Positions 35,987 to 45,403 of a DNA stretch of 64,000 nt are shown here, piece after piece. The notes beneath the pieces are model-generated. The model had not been told where the DNA came from. It ran no database searches and saw only the letters and a program-made list of their open reading frames with translations. A program made the translations under genes and the position numbers. The first letter of the stretch is position 1. Every line of letters begins with the position of its first letter. Source of the stretch: an uncultured Cytophagales bacterium (GTDB lineage Bacteria; Bacteroidota; Bacteroidia; Cytophagales; Spirosomataceae); NCBI GenBank assembly GCA_963826425.1, contig CAWGWS010000002.1, positions 40,293 through 104,292 of the forward strand, written 5' to 3'.

Positions 35987-36958
35987 TTAAAGTACGAGTT
36001 CCTGGTTCTGCACCTCGAGCGTGACCAGGTACCGTTCAGCATCCAGAGCCGCCATGCAGCCCGTACCCGCTGCCGTAACGGCCTGCCGGTAGATGTTGTC
36101 CTGGGCATCGCCACACGCAAAGACGCCGGATATGTTGGTGCGGGTACTTCCTTTTTCGGTCAGGATATACCCATTCTCATCCCGATCAAGGTAATCGCCA
36201 AAAATGTCGGTGTTGGGTTTATGGCCAATGGCCACAAAGAATCCGGTTACGTTCAGCGTCTGCTGTTCGCCGGTAATGCTGTTCTTGACCAGAGCGCCCG
36301 ATACCTCGTCGTCGCCCAGGACTTCCAGCGTCTCGGTATTGAACAGAATTTCGATGTTCGGAGCCGTTTTAACGCGGTGCTGCATGAATTTGGAGGCCCG
36401 CATCTCATCGCGCCGAACCAGCATATACACTTTCCGGCAGAGGTTGGCGAGGTAGCTGGCTTCTTCGGCAGCCGTATCGCCCGCGCCTACAATGGCCACG
36501 TCCTGTCCCCGGAAGAAAAATCCGTCGCACACGGCACAGGCCGAAACGCCCCGCCCGTTGAGCCGCATCTCGGAAGGCAACCCTAACCATTTGGCCGACG
36601 CCCCGGTCGAGATCAGGACGGCATCGGCGGTAATGTCAATTTTGTCATCGACCACTATCCGGTGGGGGCGGTCATGAGCGGGCTGCTCTGTAAACTCCAC
36701 GCCGGTAACCATACCATAGCGGATATCAGTACCAAACCGGCGGGCCTGGGCTTCGAGGTCCTGCATCATCTGTGGCCCCTGCACCCCATCAGGATAGCCG
36801 GGAAAGTTATCAACTTCGGTCGTGATGGTCAACTGACCGCCGGGCTGCGCACCCTGGTACAGTACGGGTTTCATGCCCGCCCGGGCTGCATAAATGGCGG
36901 CTGTGTATCCGGCGGGGCCGGAACCTATAATCAGGCACTTGATGTGTTCGGGAGTCAT
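35987..36958 (-). CDS. trxB: Thioredoxin-disulfide reductase
   Basis: GSGPAGYTAAIYAAR (FAD site), the redox-active CAVCDG, GAGDTAAEEA (NADPH site) and GVFACGD are present. Confidence 0.94.
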   Translation of the reverse strand: MTPEHIKCLIIGSGPAGYTAAIYAARAGMKPVLYQGAQPGGQLTITTEVDNFPGYPDGVQGPQMMQDLEAQARRFGTDIRYGMVTGVEFTEQPAHDRPHRIVVDDKIDITADAVLISTGASAKWLGLPSEMRLNGRGVSACAVCDGFFFRGQDVAIVGAGDTAAEEASYLANLCRKVYMLVRRDEMRASKFMQHRVKTAPNIEILFNTETLEVLGDDEVSGALVKNSITGEQQTLNVTGFFVAIGHKPNTDIFGDYLDRDENGYILTEKGSTRTNISGVFACGDAQDNIYRQAVTAAGTGCMAALDAERYLVTLEVQNQELVL

Positions 36959-37065
36959 CGCAAATAAGGCAATATGGTATCAATAGAAAGAAATCAGCTA
37001 TCTCCACGATAGATTTCTAACTAAGCAACATACGCAAAATTGGAAAAAATTCCACTGGGATGCAA

Positions 37066-37090
37066 AGTAAAACCCGCCCGGGCCGCCGGG
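37066..37090 (-). terminator. GC-rich hairpin plus U-run after the OmpA-family gene
   Basis: The minus-strand reads CCCGGCGGCCCGGGCGGG followed by TTTTACTTT, immediately after the stop at 37095. Confidence 0.45.
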
Positions 37091-37094
37091 ACAA

Positions 37095-39134
37095 CTACAA
37101 CACGTTCCACTCGATGCGCCGGTTTTGGCGTCGGCTGTCGTCGCTGGTATTGGGCACGAGCGGGCGGGTTTCGCCAAAGCCGGTGGCCCGGATGCGGGTG
37201 GGGGCAATGCCCGCCTGAATCAGATAGGTAGCCACGGTCTGCGCCCGCTTCTGCGAGAGCGTCAGGTTGGCGGCTGCTTCGCCGGTATCGTCGGTATGGC
37301 CCGATACGCCGATAGACAGGGTCGGATTGGCCTTCAGAAAGCCGGCAAGCCGGTCGAGTTCAATGCGCGACTTGTCGGCGAGGTCGTAGCGGCCCAACTC
37401 AAAAAACAGGTTGTTGAGCGTTTCTTTGGCCGTAGTTCCCGCCACCGCCGGTTCGAGCGGGACGCTCAGGGTCAGGGCCGCCCCGGTTACCTGACCGGCT
37501 TTAACCGGCTGCGTAAAATCGAACGCTAAACTCTTGAAGAGATAACCCGGTGTTGTGACATACAGCGCGAATTCGCCCGTGCTGGGCAGCACAATGGCGT
37601 ACTGCCCCGTTTGGGTGTCGGCCTGCACACGCGATACGGTCTGGTTGGTTTTGAGGTCGATCAGTTCAACCAGGGCGGACAGTGGATTTTGCGTCCTGGC
37701 GTCGGCAATAACCCCCTTGAGCAGACTTACCGGTTTGACCCGCTCGCGCAGGGACTCGGGCAGATCGAACGCGTACAGCCGCGACTGCTGCGAAACGCCG
37801 TCTTTCTGCTCTTCGAACGAATAATAGGCCCGTTTGCCACTGGCCGACACGAACAGCGACGCCTGGTCTTCGGACGTGTTAATGGGGTAGCCCAGATTGG
37901 TGGGTGCCGACCAGACTGACCCGCTGTCGACCCCGGCCCGGATACCGCTGGTCAGGTCTGAAACGAACAGATCGTACCCCCCCATACCAACGTGGCCGTC
38001 TGATGCGAAGAACAGCGTCTGCGCGTTGGGATGGATAAACGGCGACGCTTCGTTCTGACCCGTGTTGACGGGTGCGCCGAGGTTGACGGGCTCCTGCCAG
38101 GTATTGGTAGCATCGAGGTCGCTGCGCCAGATGTCACGCCGGCCTTTGCCACCGGGGCGGTCCGAGACAAAGTAGAGCCGTCGGCCATCGGCAGAGAGGG
38201 CGGGCTGCGACTCGTAAAAGCGGCTGTTTACCGGCAGGCCAAGGTTGTCGGGTGTAGACCAGTCGCTGCCGGTTTTGCGGCTTACGTACAGATCGCAGCT
38301 TCCGAAACCCCGGCGTCCCTGACAGGCCGTGAATACCAGCATTCGTCCGTCGGCCGATAAGCTGGCCGTGCCTTCGTTGCCGCTGGTATTAATGCTGGGC
38401 GCGAGCGATACCGGGGGCGACCAGCTTTCGCCGTTGAACGTGGCGACCATCAGATCTTCGTCGCCCTCGGGTTTGAGAGCGGTAAACACCAGCGTTTGCT
38501 CGTCGGCGGTCAGAACCGGGAAATACTGCGAGGGGGTCGTTTGCAGCACGGGCGAGAGCGGGCGGGGATCAACCGTTTGCGGGTGCCGAAGCGCTTCCTG
38601 CCCGAACTGCGCCGTTTCGATCTGCCGCGCAACCCGTTTGCCTTGCGCCGACTGGGGGGCAAGCCGCGTCTGCAGCTTCTCCAGATAAGGAACCGCGTCG
38701 GCGTAGCGACCCATTCTCAGGAGAATCGTGCTGATTGACTGGTACGCTCCGCCCGAAGCCGGACCGTCGGGCTGAAGCTTTAGGCCGTTCTGAAACGCAT
38801 GAAGGGCGGGTGCGAAGCGACGGCTGAACTCGTATAGCTGACCGAGTTTCAGATGAGCATCGGCGTAGTCCGGGGCTTCTTTGACGGCCTGTTCCATAAA
38901 CGGAATGGCCTCGCTCACCCGCCGTTCGTTGAACAGCTTTACCGACTGCTCGTACAGATTTTTTGCTTTACCGGATTGCGCCGGGGCGGAAAAAGAGGCC
39001 AGGCTGAGAGAAAGGAAAGAGAAAAACAGCCGGAGCAAACGATACGATGGCTGGTTGGTGGCTCTTCTTTCTTTGTTCTTCTTCCGGTTCAGGGAATATC
39101 CAGAAATTTGTGCGTTTGTAACGAAAGCTGCCAT
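37095..39134 (-). CDS. OmpA family protein with N-terminal TPR repeats and TolB-like beta-propeller repeats
   Basis: The C-terminal OmpA_C domain shows GHTDDTGEAAANLTLSQKRAQTV and NRRIEWNVL. The central region has repeated propeller blades (S.DG..L.F.S.R-type), and the N-terminus has TPR helices. The ATG at 39134 overlaps queE by 46 nt. An alternative TTG at 39038 gives MLRLFFSFLSLSLASFSAPAQ. Confidence 0.82.
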   Translation of the reverse strand: MAAFVTNAQISGYSLNRKKNKERRATNQPSYRLLRLFFSFLSLSLASFSAPAQSGKAKNLYEQSVKLFNERRVSEAIPFMEQAVKEAPDYADAHLKLGQLYEFSRRFAPALHAFQNGLKLQPDGPASGGAYQSISTILLRMGRYADAVPYLEKLQTRLAPQSAQGKRVARQIETAQFGQEALRHPQTVDPRPLSPVLQTTPSQYFPVLTADEQTLVFTALKPEGDEDLMVATFNGESWSPPVSLAPSINTSGNEGTASLSADGRMLVFTACQGRRGFGSCDLYVSRKTGSDWSTPDNLGLPVNSRFYESQPALSADGRRLYFVSDRPGGKGRRDIWRSDLDATNTWQEPVNLGAPVNTGQNEASPFIHPNAQTLFFASDGHVGMGGYDLFVSDLTSGIRAGVDSGSVWSAPTNLGYPINTSEDQASLFVSASGKRAYYSFEEQKDGVSQQSRLYAFDLPESLRERVKPVSLLKGVIADARTQNPLSALVELIDLKTNQTVSRVQADTQTGQYAIVLPSTGEFALYVTTPGYLFKSLAFDFTQPVKAGQVTGAALTLSVPLEPAVAGTTAKETLNNLFFELGRYDLADKSRIELDRLAGFLKANPTLSIGVSGHTDDTGEAAANLTLSQKRAQTVATYLIQAGIAPTRIRATGFGETRPLVPNTSDDSRRQNRRIEWNVL

Positions 39135-39724
39135 TGCGGATGGTCTTTAACGTACTCAACGATGCGGGGAAGCATTTCATTGGAACGACTCCACTCGGTT
39201 TGTAAAAAGAGTTTGCAGGCAGGCTGCAGGTGGGGAACAAACGACTCGGCAAAGGCAAAATCACTCTGGTTATAAATAATCACCTTCAACTCGTCGGCCC
39301 GCTGGTAAATGGCCGGATTGGGCTTTTTGAATTTCTTCGGCGAAAAGCAGATCCAGTCCCACGCCCCCGTTACGGTCTGGCACACGCCCGAGGTTTCGAT
39401 GTTGGTCTGGAAACCAACCGTTTGCAAAGCGTTGGTCAGACTCGTCAGGTCATGCATGAGCGGTTCTCCGCCCGTAATAACCGCCAGCCGGCCGGGGTAC
39501 TGAAGGGCCCCCGCTACGATAGCGTCTACGGTGTGGTGCGGATGGGCATTCACATCCCACGATTCTTTGACGTCGCACCAGTGGCAGCCCACGTCGCAAC
39601 CGCCGAGCCGGATAAAATAGGCCGCCCGGCCCGCGTAGTTGCCTTCGCCCTGGAGCGTATAAAACGCTTCCATTACAGGCAGGGTAGTAGCCTGGAGGGG
39701 TGGTTGTAGCTGTTCAGAAACCAT
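39089..39724 (-). CDS. queE: 7-carboxy-7-deazaguanine synthase QueE (radical SAM)
   Basis: FYTLQGEGNYAGRAAYFIRLGGCDVGCHWCD carries the QueE-type cluster motif. I took the ATG at 39724 because the longer ORF-track start would run into the nitrilase gene. Confidence 0.88.
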   Translation of the reverse strand: MVSEQLQPPLQATTLPVMEAFYTLQGEGNYAGRAAYFIRLGGCDVGCHWCDVKESWDVNAHPHHTVDAIVAGALQYPGRLAVITGGEPLMHDLTSLTNALQTVGFQTNIETSGVCQTVTGAWDWICFSPKKFKKPNPAIYQRADELKVIIYNQSDFAFAESFVPHLQPACKLFLQTEWSRSNEMLPRIVEYVKDHPQWQLSLQTHKFLDIP

Positions 39725-39803
39725 ACACAAAGATACGGCTTTTCGGGGCTGGGCAGCGTGGACGGGGGTGCTTTTATGCCGCCCCGGCGCGCCAGCCGCT
39801 AAC

Positions 39804-40724
39804 TCATTCCGGCTGCATACCGGGCTGATCCCGGACACTGAACCCGAAGATATCCGGGCGGGCGTAGTGGCCCACTACGTCGAAATCCAGCTTGCTCTGT
39901 ACAATCAGGCTCAGGTCCAGTTCGGCCATGACGGCACCGGCCTCGCCAAACAGCGGCCCGGCCAGCACCTCACCCATGGGTGAGACAATGACGCTGCCCC
40001 CGCTGCACAGGATGTCCGGCGCATCCGCCACCAGCTTTTGGTAGGGTTCGGGATACATGGCCTTGGTGAAAAACTGGTTGCAGCCCAGCACAAAACAGCG
40101 GCCTTCCAGCGCAATGTGGCGCAGGGTAGCCGGCCAGCTTTCGCGCGCGTCGGCGGTGGGAGCGAGGTAAATCTCGACGCTCTGCTGATACATGGCCATG
40201 CGGGCCAGCGGCATATAGTTTTCCCAGCAGATCAGCCCACCCAGCTTGCCTATGTCGGTCTGGAAACTCACCAGCGAGTCGCCCCCTGCTTCGGCCCAGA
40301 TGAGCCGTTCAGTACCAGTAGGCTTGATTTTACGGTGCACGCCCAGCAGTCCGGTTTTCGGCGAGATATACACCATGGAGCAGTAGAGACTGCCGTGCCG
40401 GTCTGACTTTTCGGTAATGCCAATGATTAGATACACGTTTTCAGACCGGGCCAGCCGCTCCAGCCGCTTCATGTCGGGGCCGGTCACATCAACGCTGTTG
40501 CGGTGGTATTCGGCATAGAGTTCGCGGCCTTCGGGTGTGCGGCTGCCCACGGTGGCCCCGAATGTGAACCCACGCGGATACCCCGGCACAAAGGATTCGG
40601 GAAAGACAATCAGCCGACTGCCCTGCCGGGCGTACTGCGCGGTCAGCTCTTCAATTTTCTGAATCGTCAGCTCTTTGTCGAAGAAAACGGGGCTATCCTG
40701 AATCAGGCAGGCAGTAACAATCAT
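39804..40724 (-). CDS. Nitrilase (carbon-nitrogen hydrolase superfamily, nitrilase branch)
   Basis: The catalytic triad contexts are present: VFPESFVPGYP (Glu), HRKIKPT (Lys) and GGLICWENYMP (Cys). Confidence 0.88.
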   Translation of the reverse strand: MIVTACLIQDSPVFFDKELTIQKIEELTAQYARQGSRLIVFPESFVPGYPRGFTFGATVGSRTPEGRELYAEYHRNSVDVTGPDMKRLERLARSENVYLIIGITEKSDRHGSLYCSMVYISPKTGLLGVHRKIKPTGTERLIWAEAGGDSLVSFQTDIGKLGGLICWENYMPLARMAMYQQSVEIYLAPTADARESWPATLRHIALEGRCFVLGCNQFFTKAMYPEPYQKLVADAPDILCSGGSVIVSPMGEVLAGPLFGEAGAVMAELDLSLIVQSKLDFDVVGHYARPDIFGFSVRDQPGMQPE

Positions 40725-40881
40725 AGCTAAGTAGCCAGGGCTGGCTGGTGGATAATGAATGGCTTCCCAAAAACGCGTTCAGCCGATTGGTTTACGAAAT
40801 GTTCAATGGTTTCTGGTCGAAATTACCCCTATTCGCCGTACTTTTAAGCAGTTATACCAAAATCAATTCTTCTTCATATTC

Positions 40882-43800
40882 ATGATCAAACCGTTACTGG
40901 TTGGTCTGCTGGCAGTTGGCCTGAGTCAATTTGCCCATGCCCAGACCACGTTCCCTAAAAACGGCGTGTACGACGAACGATCCGGACTGTATGCCTTCAC
41001 CAACGCTACCGTCGTCGTTGACCCCCAGACTACCCTTACCAACGCTACGCTGCTCATCCGAAACGGTCGCATTGAGGCCGTGGGACAGAGCGTAAAACTG
41101 CCCGCCGGTACGGTCGTAACGGACCTGAAGGGCAAACGCATCTACCCCGCCCTGATCGATATTGACTCTGATTACGGCATGCCGGAGGTGAAACCCGACC
41201 GCACGGCGCGGCAGGCCAACCCGCAGTTTGAATCGAACAAAAAAGGTCCGTACTACTGGAATCAGGCCGTGCAGCCCGAAAACGACGCGAGTCAGCTCTT
41301 TAAGGCCGACGATAAAAAAGCGGATGAACTCCGTAAACTGGGCTTCGGGGCCGTACTCACCCACCCGCACGACGGGCTGACGCGGGGTACCGGTGTGCTG
41401 GTTACCCTGGCTAACGACCGGGAGAATATGCTCGTGCTGAAACCCAACGCCACGGCGCACTACTCATTTAGCAAAGGCAGCTCGGGGCAAACCGTACCCA
41501 GCTCTATGATGGGATCGGTGGCGGTGTTGCGGCAGGCGTTCTACGATGCCGACTGGTACAAACGCGCCGGAAATAAGGAACAGGCCAACCTCTCGCTCGA
41601 GGCTCTGAACCGCAACCAGAGTCTGCCTGCTTTCTTCGAGGCCAATGATAAACTCGGCATTCTGCGGGCCGACAAAATCGGCGATGAGTTTGGGATGCAG
41701 TACGTCATCCGCACCTCGGGCGACGAGTACCAGCGGATAGACGAGGTGAAAGCTACGGGCGCGTCGCTGATTGTGCCGCTGAATTTCCCCGACGCGTATG
41801 ACGTGGAAGACGCCTGGGATGCCGACAACGTGACGATGGCCGAGCTGAAGCACTGGGAGCTGGCCCCCACCAACGCCGGCAAAGTGGCGGGGGCGGGTAT
41901 TCCGTTTGCGCTTACTACGGCCGAGCTGAAAAAGAAAGGTGATTTCTGGGCCAACCTCCGCAAAGCCATTCAAAACGGACTGAGCGAACAAAAAGCCCTG
42001 GAAGCCCTGACTACCGTGCCGGCCCGGCTTATCCGGGCCGACGATCAGGTGGGTACGCTGAAAGCCGGGAAGGTAGCCAACTTCATCATCACGTCGGGTA
42101 ACCTGTTCGATGCCGACAATATCATTCACGAGAACTGGATTCAGGGTAAACAATACATTGTAAACCCGAAAGACAAAGCGGACCTGCGCGGCAAATGGCG
42201 GCTGTCCATGGCCGGTATGGCGCCGATGACGCTGGACGTAACGGGTAAATCGCTCGAAAAAACAGAGTACCAGCTCATGATGGACACCACTAAAATCAAA
42301 CCCACGGTGTCGGTTGATGGGGAAACGATTTCGATCCGGTTTCAGCCGGGCAACGCTTTGCCGGGTAAAGCCATGCCCGGCACAACGCGCCTGACGGGCT
42401 ACCGCAAAGGAACCGGTTACGTGGGCACGGGCGAACGGCCCGACGGAAAAAACATAGACTGGTCGATGGATAAGACCGCTGTTGAGCCGAACACCGCTGC
42501 TGCGTCCGCGACAATGGCGTCAGGATCGGCTACGGCCGGTTTGTCGACCACCGTGGTCGGGTCGTTGCTGTATCCATTCGTGGGGCTGGGCAACGCGCAG
42601 AAGCCGCAACCCCAGACCATGCTGATCCGGAACGCAACGGTGTGGACCAATGAAAAAGATGGTATTCTGAAAGCCGCCGACGTCTTGGTGCAGAACGGTA
42701 AAATTGCGCAGGTCGGCACCGGGCTGAAAGCACCCGGCGGGGCCACAATCATCGACGGTACGGGCAAGCACCTGACCAGCGGTATCATTGACGAACACTC
42801 GCACATTGCCCTGCTGTCGGTAAACGAAGGCTCACAGTCATCAACCGCCGAAGTACGGATGGCCGATGTAATAAACTCCGAAGACGTGAACATTTACCGC
42901 CAGCTGGCCGGGGGCGTTACGGCCTCGCAGCTGCTGCACGGCTCGGCCAACGCCATTGGCGGACAGTCGGCCATGATCAAGCTGAAATGGGGCGAGGCTC
43001 CGGCGCAGTTGCTGGTTCCCAATGCCGACGGATTTATCAAGTTTGCGCTTGGCGAGAACGTAAAGCAGGCCAACTGGGGCGATGGCAACCGGATTCGCTT
43101 CCCGCAAACGCGGATGGGTGTGGAGCAGGTCTATATGGACCACTTTACGCGGGCCAAAGAATACGCCAACGGCTGGGCGGGGTACAACAAGCTGAGCAAC
43201 AAAGAGAAGGCAAATACGACCGCCCCGCGCCGGGATATTGAACTCGACGCGCTGGCCGAAATTCTGGCCAACAAGCGGTTTATCACCTGCCACTCGTATG
43301 TGCAGTCGGAGATCAACATGCTGCTGCACGTAGCGGACTCACTGGGCTTTAAAGTCAACACGTTTACCCATATTCTGGAGGGCTATAAATTAGCCGACAA
43401 GATGGCGAAACACGGCGCGGGCGGCTCAACCTTTGCCGACTGGTGGGCCTATAAAATGGAAGTGCATGACGCCATTCCCTACAACGCAGCCCTGATGAAC
43501 CGCGAGGGTGTAACGGTTTCGATCAACTCCGACGACGCTGAAATGGCCCGCCGGCTGAACCAGGAAGCCGCCAAAACGGTGGAGTACGGCGGTATTCCCG
43601 AAGAAGATGCCTGGAAGATGGTGACGCTCAACCCCGCCAAACTGCTGCACCTCGACAACCGCATGGGCAGCATCCGGGCGGGCAAAGATGCCGACCTGGT
43701 ACTTTGGAATGCGCACCCACTGGCCATTTACGCCCGCCCCGAGAAAACCATTATCGACGGCACCGTTTACTTTGATTTGGCTACCGAAGAAACCAAACGC

Positions 43801-43938
43801 GAGGCTATGCAGACCGAACGCGCCCGGCTGGTGCAGAAAATGCTGGCCGCCAAAGCCGGTGGTTCGGCTACTACCCGGCCCGCTGCCAGAGCTCCCCGCA
43901 TGTTCCATTGTGAAGATCTGGACGAGGAACTTAACTGA
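40882..43938 (+). CDS. Large secreted amidohydrolase-family protein (two amidohydrolase-like modules)
   Basis: Signal peptide MIKPLLVGLLAVGLSQFAHAQ. GIIDEHSHIAL (HxH metal site) and C-terminal GSIRAGKDADLVLW are typical of the amidohydrolase superfamily. The N-terminal half resembles a degenerate copy (ALIDIDSDYG, GTLKAGKVANFII). Confidence 0.85.
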   Translation: MIKPLLVGLLAVGLSQFAHAQTTFPKNGVYDERSGLYAFTNATVVVDPQTTLTNATLLIRNGRIEAVGQSVKLPAGTVVTDLKGKRIYPALIDIDSDYGMPEVKPDRTARQANPQFESNKKGPYYWNQAVQPENDASQLFKADDKKADELRKLGFGAVLTHPHDGLTRGTGVLVTLANDRENMLVLKPNATAHYSFSKGSSGQTVPSSMMGSVAVLRQAFYDADWYKRAGNKEQANLSLEALNRNQSLPAFFEANDKLGILRADKIGDEFGMQYVIRTSGDEYQRIDEVKATGASLIVPLNFPDAYDVEDAWDADNVTMAELKHWELAPTNAGKVAGAGIPFALTTAELKKKGDFWANLRKAIQNGLSEQKALEALTTVPARLIRADDQVGTLKAGKVANFIITSGNLFDADNIIHENWIQGKQYIVNPKDKADLRGKWRLSMAGMAPMTLDVTGKSLEKTEYQLMMDTTKIKPTVSVDGETISIRFQPGNALPGKAMPGTTRLTGYRKGTGYVGTGERPDGKNIDWSMDKTAVEPNTAAASATMASGSATAGLSTTVVGSLLYPFVGLGNAQKPQPQTMLIRNATVWTNEKDGILKAADVLVQNGKIAQVGTGLKAPGGATIIDGTGKHLTSGIIDEHSHIALLSVNEGSQSSTAEVRMADVINSEDVNIYRQLAGGVTASQLLHGSANAIGGQSAMIKLKWGEAPAQLLVPNADGFIKFALGENVKQANWGDGNRIRFPQTRMGVEQVYMDHFTRAKEYANGWAGYNKLSNKEKANTTAPRRDIELDALAEILANKRFITCHSYVQSEINMLLHVADSLGFKVNTFTHILEGYKLADKMAKHGAGGSTFADWWAYKMEVHDAIPYNAALMNREGVTVSINSDDAEMARRLNQEAAKTVEYGGIPEEDAWKMVTLNPAKLLHLDNRMGSIRAGKDADLVLWNAHPLAIYARPEKTIIDGTVYFDLATEETKREAMQTERARLVQKMLAAKAGGSATTRPAARAPRMFHCEDLDEELN

Positions 43939-44013
43939 TTATATTCAACCGCAGGCGGCCAGGGGTTCAGAGCCTCTGGACCGCTCTGCGACATCTTTGC
44001 GCCAACCTATTTC

Positions 44014-45306
44014 ATGAATAAAATACTCTTACTCGCTTTGGCGTCGCTTACGGGCTACGCGCAGAACCCGGCTCCGGCGAAGCCGCAGGCTAAGCCCATC
44101 GCCCTGATGAACGGCACGATTCACGTCGGAAACGGGCAGGTTATTCCCAACGGGGTCATTATTTTTGATAAGGGCGTCATCACGACGGTAGCCGACGCTA
44201 CCACCGTCCGGCTCAATATGGACGGCATGGAGGTGATCAGCGTGGCTGGCAAGCACGTTTACCCCGGTTTTATCTCGCCCGCCAGCACGGTAGGTCTGGA
44301 AGAGATCGGCGCGGTGCGGGCCACCGTCGACAAGCAGGAAGTGGGCGTGCTGAACTCCAACGTTCGGGCTTTGGTGGCTTACAATACCGATTCTGAAATC
44401 ATCCCGACCATTCGCAACAACGGCGTTTTGCTCACCCAGGCCATGCCCGAGGGCGGCACGGTATCGGGAAGTTCGAGCATCATGCAGGCCGACGGCTGGA
44501 ACTGGGAAGACGCCGTGCTGAAGGCCGACGACGGGCTGTGGCTTACCTGGCCGGGCTATTTCGCTACCGTGTTCGACTTCACTGATTTTTCGCGGGTAAT
44601 TAAAAAGAACGAGAAGCGCGACGAAGCCATTGCCGCCCTGCGGGCCACCTTTGCCGATGCCAAAGCCTATGCCTCCCAGACGGGGCAGTCGCCGAAGAAC
44701 CTCAAGCTGGAAGCCATGCGCGGCCTGTTTTCGGGGCAGCAAAACCTGTACGTCCGGGCCGATTACGCCAAAGACATTCTGGAAGCGGCTCAATTTGCCC
44801 GCGCGGTGGGCGTTCAGAAGGTAGTCATTGTAGGCGCCGAAGAGGCCGACCGCGTGGCGGGTTTCCTGGCCGAACAAAAAGTGCCGGTTATCCTGAGTGC
44901 GCTGCACCGCCTGCCCAACCGCCCCGACGAAGCCGTTGACCTGCCATACCGGATGCCGGGCATCCTGCAGAAAGCGGGAGTACTGGTGAGCCTGAGCTAC
45001 GCCGGTGAGTGGTGGCGCACCCGAAATCTGCCGTTTCAGGCGGGTACGGCGGTAGGCTTCGGCGTGACGGACCGCGAAGAAGCCCTGAAGATGATTACCA
45101 GCAATACCGCCCGGATTCTCGGCATTGCTGACAAAGTCGGCACCCTCGAAGCCGGCAAACACGCTACCCTGTTCGTATCGGCGGGCGATGCCCTCGATAT
45201 GCGTACCAACGTGGTTGAGCGCGTGTTTATCAGGGGCCGCACGACCAGTCTGGACGATCGCCACAAGCGGCTGTACAAGCAATACCAGGATAAGTACGGG
45301 AAGTAA
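44014..45306 (+). CDS. Secreted amidohydrolase-family protein
   Basis: A signal peptide, YPGFISPAS and GTLEAGKHATLFV are present. It is the paired partner gene, 75 nt downstream of the large amidohydrolase. Confidence 0.85.
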   Translation: MNKILLLALASLTGYAQNPAPAKPQAKPIALMNGTIHVGNGQVIPNGVIIFDKGVITTVADATTVRLNMDGMEVISVAGKHVYPGFISPASTVGLEEIGAVRATVDKQEVGVLNSNVRALVAYNTDSEIIPTIRNNGVLLTQAMPEGGTVSGSSSIMQADGWNWEDAVLKADDGLWLTWPGYFATVFDFTDFSRVIKKNEKRDEAIAALRATFADAKAYASQTGQSPKNLKLEAMRGLFSGQQNLYVRADYAKDILEAAQFARAVGVQKVVIVGAEEADRVAGFLAEQKVPVILSALHRLPNRPDEAVDLPYRMPGILQKAGVLVSLSYAGEWWRTRNLPFQAGTAVGFGVTDREEALKMITSNTARILGIADKVGTLEAGKHATLFVSAGDALDMRTNVVERVFIRGRTTSLDDRHKRLYKQYQDKYGK

Positions 45307-45337
45307 CTCCGTAGCCAACAAGAGAGAGTGCCTACTG

Positions 45338-45388
45338 AAGAACGGGTTCACGCAAACACAACCGGCGTGAGCCCGTTCTTTAGTTTAT
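45338..45388 (+). terminator. Intrinsic terminator after the amidohydrolase pair
   Basis: AAGAACGGGTTCACGC (45338-45353) pairs with GCGTGAGCCCGTTCTT (45365-45380) with one G-U, followed by TTTAGTTTAT. Confidence 0.65.
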
Positions 45389-45403
45389 ACTGGTTTCGAT
45401 CTC

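Noticed and set aside
39725-39803. preQ1 riboswitch upstream of queE
   Set aside because: The 79-nt spacer has a GGGG...CCCC hairpin. It lacks the preQ1-I pattern (a short stem followed by an A-rich tail of the type TAAAAAACTA) and lacks preQ1-II features.
44029-45351. 440-aa ORF antisense to the 430-aa amidohydrolase
   Set aside because: It is a shadow ORF; the + strand product has a signal peptide and amidohydrolase motifs.
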